Both the position numbers and the translations under genes were made by a program. From an uncultured virus (IMG/VR IMGVR_UViG_3300034279_001265) (lineage: Duplodnaviria > Heunggongvirae > Uroviricota > Caudoviricetes), in IMG/VR virus record IMGVR_UViG_3300034279_001265: DNA of 20,000 bases; one strand, 5' to 3'. Numbering within the stretch: position 1 is the first letter of the stretch; each line of letters starts with the position of its first letter. Under the pieces are notes generated by a model. It had not been told where the DNA came from. It worked only from the letters and a program-made list of their open reading frames with translations, and did no database searches. This document shows, in pieces, positions 16,598-20,000 of the stretch.

Positions 16598-16754
16598 GTA
16601 AACGTAATGATTCCACAAGTAATTGATATACAAGAACTTATGTGAGTGGTAAGACACCCTCACTCAATACTTGAATGATCAAGAACACCTGTAGAAATCA
16701 AAAAATTTGACACTAAATGGCTATAAACCACTTGTTTTTGCCAGACAGTGTCAT

Positions 16755-16950
16755 TCTCATGCACCAGTTGTAGTAGTAAGATTAGACTTATCTTACTAGT
16801 AAGTCCTTACATTAAGTCTCTGTAAAACCTCCCTATGTCTATACATGAAAAGACTTGAGGTTGAATGCTAGGCAGCAGAGTGTGTTTTGAAGGCAAGGTA
16901 TTAAGAGCAAGAGCGCTACTGATATACTACTACAACTAAGTGCTATGAGA
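16755..16950 (+). ncRNA. Structured RNA, 'AGTTGTA...TACAACTWAGTGC' motif copy A
   Basis: Long-range pairing TCTCAT/ATGAGA, GCAC/GTGC and perfect 13-bp AGTTGTAGTAGTA (16766-16778)/TACTACTACAACT (16925-16937); no ORF. Confidence 0.55.
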
Positions 16951-16979
16951 GAGATATCTTCTTATCTTCTCTCTTCATG

Positions 16980-17170
16980 TAGAATCATAAGAGTCACCCG
17001 CGCCAGGCAGATCTGTGAGAAAAACAATACCGCTCCTCTCCTCTGGTTTATGCAGACCTGTTAACAAAGATGATATCACCATCATCTTGTCTGTGTAGAC
17101 TACAATCAAACGATAAAAGCAGACCAACGAGCGGCGTTGGTGTGTCTGGCGTTGGTACTCTAATGTTCTA
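16980..17170 (+). ncRNA. Rod-like structured RNA candidate
   Basis: Nested stems GAGT/ACTC, CGCCAGGCA/TGTCTGGCG, CAATACCGCTC/GAGCGGCGTTG, GGTTTATGCAGAC/GTCTGTGTAGACT, AAGATGAT/ATCATCTT; GU wobbles favour the plus strand. Confidence 0.55.
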
Positions 17171-17207
17171 TTTATATCATATTGTCCACTAAAACCTTCT
17201 AATTAAC

Positions 17208-17477
17208 ATGAACCTTAAAAAACTATTTGTATTTCTCACACTTTTGGTTAGTGTGATAAGCTTGTCTTCTTTTGGTATTAAAGCCTATGTTGATTATGAG
17301 GTTCTCAACACTCTTGAGGATATGAAAGAGTGGGTTGAGTATGACATGGCTGAATGCACCGATTCATGCATGACCAGCAAGTTGGATACTTACAAGCTCA
17401 ATCTAGATTTTTGCATTAAAAGACTGCGTAATCAAAATTCACACACTAAACGTGCATCTCATGACAATGACTATTGA
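17208..17477 (+). CDS. Hypothetical protein with N-terminal signal/TM segment
   Basis: MNLKKLFVFLTLLVSVISLSSFG; CACTAAAACC leader similar to those of the upstream modules. Confidence 0.7.
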   Translation: MNLKKLFVFLTLLVSVISLSSFGIKAYVDYEVLNTLEDMKEWVEYDMAECTDSCMTSKLDTYKLNLDFCIKRLRNQNSHTKRASHDNDY

Positions 17478-17712
17478 CGAATTCTTTAAACAACACAGTT
17501 CTCAGCTTGTAAAACTGCATGAAGACGACTCTGAAACAGGCAACTTCAGGCTCTTTTGTCCTGAAGAATGCTCTACTGCTACCCATTACAAAGACAATGG
17601 TTATGTTTTAGCGTCTATTTTTGAAGATCTTGACGGTGATGAGTATGTTGTCCTGGACAACGACTCAGATGATGCATTAGACAAAGTTGGTTTCTTTATC
17701 CTGCAACCTTAA
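17467..17712 (+). CDS. Acidic hypothetical protein
   Basis: D/E-rich ORF; start at ATG 17467 or 17461, overlapping the previous gene's end. Confidence 0.65.
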   Translation: MTIDEFFKQHSSQLVKLHEDDSETGNFRLFCPEECSTATHYKDNGYVLASIFEDLDGDEYVVLDNDSDDALDKVGFFILQP

Positions 17713-17726
17713 AATTTACAAAACCA

Positions 17727-17840
17727 ATGAAATTAAAAGTTACTGGTCAAGATAGAGCATACTATCTTATCGTAGTTCTTGGAGTTGTAACCATACTTTT
17801 CAGAATTGTTTGTCTTATCCTTTATCCTTTAAACCCATAA
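17727..17840 (+). CDS. Small single-TM protein (37 aa), not in ORF track
   Basis: MKLKVTGQDRAYYLIVVLGVVTILFRIVCLILYPLNP*; AAAACCA leader; fills the gap between neighbours. Confidence 0.6.
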   Translation: MKLKVTGQDRAYYLIVVLGVVTILFRIVCLILYPLNP

Positions 17841-17845
17841 ATCCT

Positions 17846-18205
17846 GTGAATAATTTAACCGGCTCAAAGTTTTTGCACCCTCGTTTCTGGACACAATCAG
17901 AAGAAGCTATTGTCACTCTTATTGTAAACAACCGTAAGAAAAACAAGACCCTTCACCATGCGTTTACTAAAGCAGCACGCGCTACAAACCGCAGCGTTTC
18001 AGCTGTTGCTGTTCGCTATTACACAAATTTGAAACCCACAAGTGTTATTGCCGGCAATGTACACAAAAAGATTACAGTGGGTAATGTCAGTAAAAGACAA
18101 ACATTAGGTGTTGAAATGAACACACAGCTTGTCTGTTTTGTCAAAACGCTGTTCACAAGACTTACACCTGCTGAGAAAGCAGAAGTATTGAAAAACCTAG
18201 GTTAG
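17846..18205 (+). CDS. Myb/SANT-like (RsfA-type) HTH protein
   Basis: WTQSEEAIV...HAFTKAARATNRSVSAVAVRYYTNLK resembles the W(T/S)xEE...AF..aa..l.Rs..a...R(W/Y) pattern; GTG 17846 is the likely start. Confidence 0.6.
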   Translation: MNNLTGSKFLHPRFWTQSEEAIVTLIVNNRKKNKTLHHAFTKAARATNRSVSAVAVRYYTNLKPTSVIAGNVHKKITVGNVSKRQTLGVEMNTQLVCFVKTLFTRLTPAEKAEVLKNLG

Positions 18206-18220
18206 GTTTGACCCACCACT

Positions 18221-18245
18221 GGCATACTGGTTAAAGTATGCTTTT
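18221..18245 (+). terminator. Putative terminator
   Basis: GGCATACT-GGTTAA-AGTATGCT-TTT just after the HTH gene. Confidence 0.5.
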
Positions 18246-18317
18246 AGCATGAAAACTTACTAGTTCTCTGTTTTTACTATAACAATCTGACCGCACAGCT
18301 GAGTGCAAATGGTATTA

Positions 18318-18399
18318 ATAGAGGTAAGCAGTTGTAATCTCCTTTGCTGGAGTTAAATAGGGGATTTATGACGCAGAACCAGTTACAACTTAGTGCTAT
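18318..18399 (+). ncRNA. Structured RNA motif copy B
   Basis: GGTAAGCAGTTGTAAT (18323-18338) ... TTACAACTTAGTGC (18383-18396). Confidence 0.55.
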
Positions 18400-18403
18400 A
18401 CTT

Positions 18404-18516
18404 TGTCTAAAACAACTGCAGTGCATGAAGGGTGTTTACAAGGGTTGATCACCTTATTGCACCTACGAAGGCTTAACAAGCCACTTGAAACGTAGCACTG
18501 TGGTTGTTTTTAGACA
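18404..18516 (+). ncRNA. Multi-stem structured RNA candidate
   Basis: 16-bp basal stem AAAACAACTGCAGTGC/GCACTGTGGTTGTTTT (2 GU pairs), internal GGGTG/CACCT, AAGG/CCTT, GGCTT/AAGCC and CTACG/CGTAG stems. Confidence 0.5.
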
Positions 18517-18517
18517 T

Positions 18518-18608
18518 TGTGTTGTTCCCTTGAGAAAGGAATATGGAAGCATAATAAATGGAAGGAAATTACGAACATTTTCCACAACACAGAGGACTTC
18601 TCATCCTC
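18518..18608 (+). ncRNA. Pseudoknot / kissing-loop RNA candidate directly 5' of the tRNA-like gene
   Basis: TGTGTTG/CAACACA stem; loop TGAGAA (18531-18536) of the TTCC/GGAA hairpin is complementary to loop TTCTCA (18598-18603) of the GAGGA/TCCTC hairpin. Confidence 0.5.
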
Positions 18609-18613
18609 AACAC

Positions 18614-18709
18614 AGTCAGGTGGCGGAATGGTAAACGCTCGCTTCAAGGTGCGGTCAGTCAACGAAATGTAAAACTGACTTGCAGGTTCGAATCCTGTCC
18701 TGACTACCA
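18614..18709 (+). tRNA. tRNA-Leu-like RNA with aberrant anticodon arm (possibly non-decoding)
   Basis: Acceptor AGTCAGG/CCTGACT + A + CCA; Leu-type D arm GCG-GAATGGTAAA-CGC; T arm GCAGG-TTCGAAT-CCTGT; anticodon stem only 3-4 bp with 8-nt loop TTCAAGGT; long variable arm GTCAGT/ACTGAC. Confidence 0.75.
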
Positions 18710-18972
18710 AGTTAACCACACTAAGACTAGAAACGTGGTGACAGCGTGGAAAGACACGCGTTTAATGTACCATTCTCACGTGGATATAAAGACTTCTTAG
18801 TAGTAACCATAGGTTTACAGTAACAATACTGGATGAAATTCTCCTATGCAATATTGTTTATGCTCAAGAGATACTAAGATGTAAAACCACACTGATTAAT
18901 TACAGGTTATCTAGATAACTTCTTCACAATATATATGTTTTAAACGCAACAAGAATGGTGAAGGTAAATCAG

Positions 18973-19116
18973 TCTCCCAAGGGTGAGCAGTTGTAATAGA
19001 GTAATGAAACATATAGAGTTGAGAAGTTAGCAAATAAATCTTCTTAATGTCCTAGCGGGCATTCCTATGTGTTAGTAATTACTAGTTTAAACCTATTACA
19101 ACTAAGTGCAGAGGGA
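18973..19116 (+). ncRNA. Structured RNA motif copy C
   Basis: GGTGAGCAGTTGTAATAG (18982-18999) ... CTATTACAACTAAGTGCAGAGGGA (19093-19116); 11-bp perfect stem. Confidence 0.55.
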
Positions 19117-19120
19117 ACGC

Positions 19121-19175
19121 GGCAAGTGCAAGGTGTCTGGTTTCTCATACCCAGGCACCTCACTTGTTGTTTTTT
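19121..19175 (+). terminator. Rho-independent terminator ending the ncRNA island
   Basis: GGCAAGTG-CA-AGGTGTCTGG / CCAGGCACCT-CACTTGTT followed by GTTTTTT. Confidence 0.7.
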
Positions 19176-19216
19176 AAAACTTATTTGATATTAACTTTAC
19201 AACTTAAATTTTAATT

Positions 19217-19423
19217 ATGAAAAAACTTTTTGTTTTTATCACAATCATCTTGACAATTGGTTGTGAAAATAATCGTCCGTATAAAGTTGTAAATGTAAAC
19301 AGCTTGAACGACAGTACTTGTAAGTATGTATTGTCACGATCTAATGGATTTGGTCCACAAGTCAAAACTATGACAGCACCATGCGGGAAGTACACACTTT
19401 TCCAAACCATAAACGAAAAATGA
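19217..19423 (+). CDS. Small putative lipoprotein
   Basis: MKKLFVFITIILTIG|C lipoprotein-type signal; AT-rich leader. Confidence 0.65.
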   Translation: MKKLFVFITIILTIGCENNRPYKVVNVNSLNDSTCKYVLSRSNGFGPQVKTMTAPCGKYTLFQTINEK

Positions 19424-19704
19424 CAAGAGAAAAATTTATAAAAAAGTGGCTTGGTAATAAAGACTACCAATACACAGAAGAAAACCGAGATTTAATGCGA
19501 GATGATTTAGACAAAGTGATAAACCGAGCATTGCAACAACCACTTGTTGGCGGTTCGTTGCCGATGTACGATGTTGAAGAATTGAATGAAATTGTAAAAG
19601 AACTGAATAGTGGGAAACTCTCTCTGTTTGATTTTGTAGGTAAAGTTTGGAACAAAGCTTATATACTCGGATGTATTGATGGGTTGAAAGGCAATGACCA
19701 CTAA
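19420..19704 (+). CDS. Hypothetical protein spanning a GTT repeat site (cassette-like gene 1)
   Basis: ATG 19420 overlaps the TGA of the previous gene; contains LVGGSLP encoded by the repeat; stop TAA lies inside CACTAAC. Confidence 0.7.
   Translation: MTREKFIKKWLGNKDYQYTEENRDLMRDDLDKVINRALQQPLVGGSLPMYDVEELNEIVKELNSGKLSLFDFVGKVWNKAYILGCIDGLKGNDH
19546..19562 (+). repeat. Cassette-start half-site GTTGGCGGTTCGTTGCC
   Basis: 15 of 16 nt identical to 19825-19840 and an imperfect inverted repeat of 19690-19705. Confidence 0.75.
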
Positions 19705-19840
19705 CGGTTTGCGTATTGCTGACGTTGCCAATTTGAAAAACAAATGTTGAATACTTAAATAAAAGTTGATATGAAAATTGAAGTTAAAATTACCGATGAA
19801 GCTGGCAATGTTCAGCAATACGATGTTAGCGGTTCGTTGC
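19690..19840. repeat. attC-like imperfect inverted-repeat site
   Basis: GCAATGACCACTAAC-ggtttg-CGTATTGCTGA-CGTTGCCA ...72 nt... TGGCAATG-T-TCAGCAATACG-at-GTTAGCGGTTCGTTGC; AAC/GTT cores, asymmetric spacer, single extrahelical base. Confidence 0.7.
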
Positions 19841-19968
19841 TATTGGATGATAGCAAATTGAAACAACTAATATGGGAAGATTGGGAAGGTGAAATTAAAG
19901 AGGAAGACCCAAGACAAATGGTTTTTAAGTATATGAAAATGATGCGTAGTGAGTTTGTTAAGAATTGA
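19771..19968 (+). CDS. Hypothetical protein starting inside the attC-like loop (cassette-like gene 2)
   Basis: 65 aa; contains DVSGSLL encoded by the repeat; stop TGA lies inside AATTGACCGCTAAC. Confidence 0.7.
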   Translation: MKIEVKITDEAGNVQQYDVSGSLLLDDSKLKQLIWEDWEGEIKEEDPRQMVFKYMKMMRSEFVKN

Positions 19969-19976
19969 CCGCTAAC
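19963..19976 (+). repeat. Cassette-end half-site AATTGACCGCTAAC (next site truncated by the window edge)
   Basis: Its reverse complement GTTAGCGGTCAATT matches the first 9 nt of 19825-19838 exactly; similar to 19692-19705. Confidence 0.7.
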
Positions 19977-20000
19977 TCGTTTATTTGTCCAGTTTTCCTT

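Noticed and set aside
18404..18608. Hammerhead or HDV-like ribozyme assignment
   Set aside because: CUGANGA/GAAA cores are only approximated (CATGAAG, CAGAGGA) and not correctly flanked; no valid HDV P3/L3/P1.1.
18510..18800. ORFs 18510-18719 (-) and 18558-18800 (+)
   Set aside because: They overlap the tRNA-like gene and structured RNAs; the translations are typical of read-through of tRNA sequence.
19444..19545. AAGTGGCTTGGTAAT as the left arm of an upstream attC-like site pairing with ATTGCAACAACCACTT
   Set aside because: Only partial complementarity and no adjacent TAAC core; at best a decayed relic.
1..20000. Stop-codon reassignment as in some Crassvirales
   Set aside because: Long genes are intact under code 11 and TAG/TGA act as plausible stops; the TCA reading of the 18614 tRNA loop is not supported by in-frame TGA codons here.

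Overview
Segment of a large dsDNA phage of Bacteroidota, with the gene order and protein families typical of Crassvirales (crAss-like / Cellulophaga phi14:2-like) phages; standard genetic code. 1-11059 (minus strand) is the virion-assembly operon: N-terminal part of the major capsid protein (missing from the ORF track, runs off the window edge), scaffold-like protein, portal, terminase large subunit, PD-(D/E)xK nuclease, Zn-finger, IHF/HU-like and GroES-like genes, plus an atypical tRNA-CAT and a second tRNA-shaped RNA. A divergent Bacteroidota-type promoter pair (about 11090-11149) starts a plus-strand accessory block (PRTase-fold protein, Zn-ribbon proteins, PhoH). From about 14300 there is an array of 'AACCYTCAACYCMCC motif - short gene - hairpin' modules ending in a tandem paralog pair. 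Two long non-coding islands (16517-17207, 18206-19216) are packed with structured RNAs, including three copies of one motif and a tRNA-Leu-like RNA with an aberrant anticodon arm. At the right end, short genes are bounded by attC-like GTT/AAC inverted-repeat sites that lie in-frame inside the ORFs, suggesting an integron-like cassette-shuffling system in a phage. All functional calls come from motif recognition by eye; no database searches were run.
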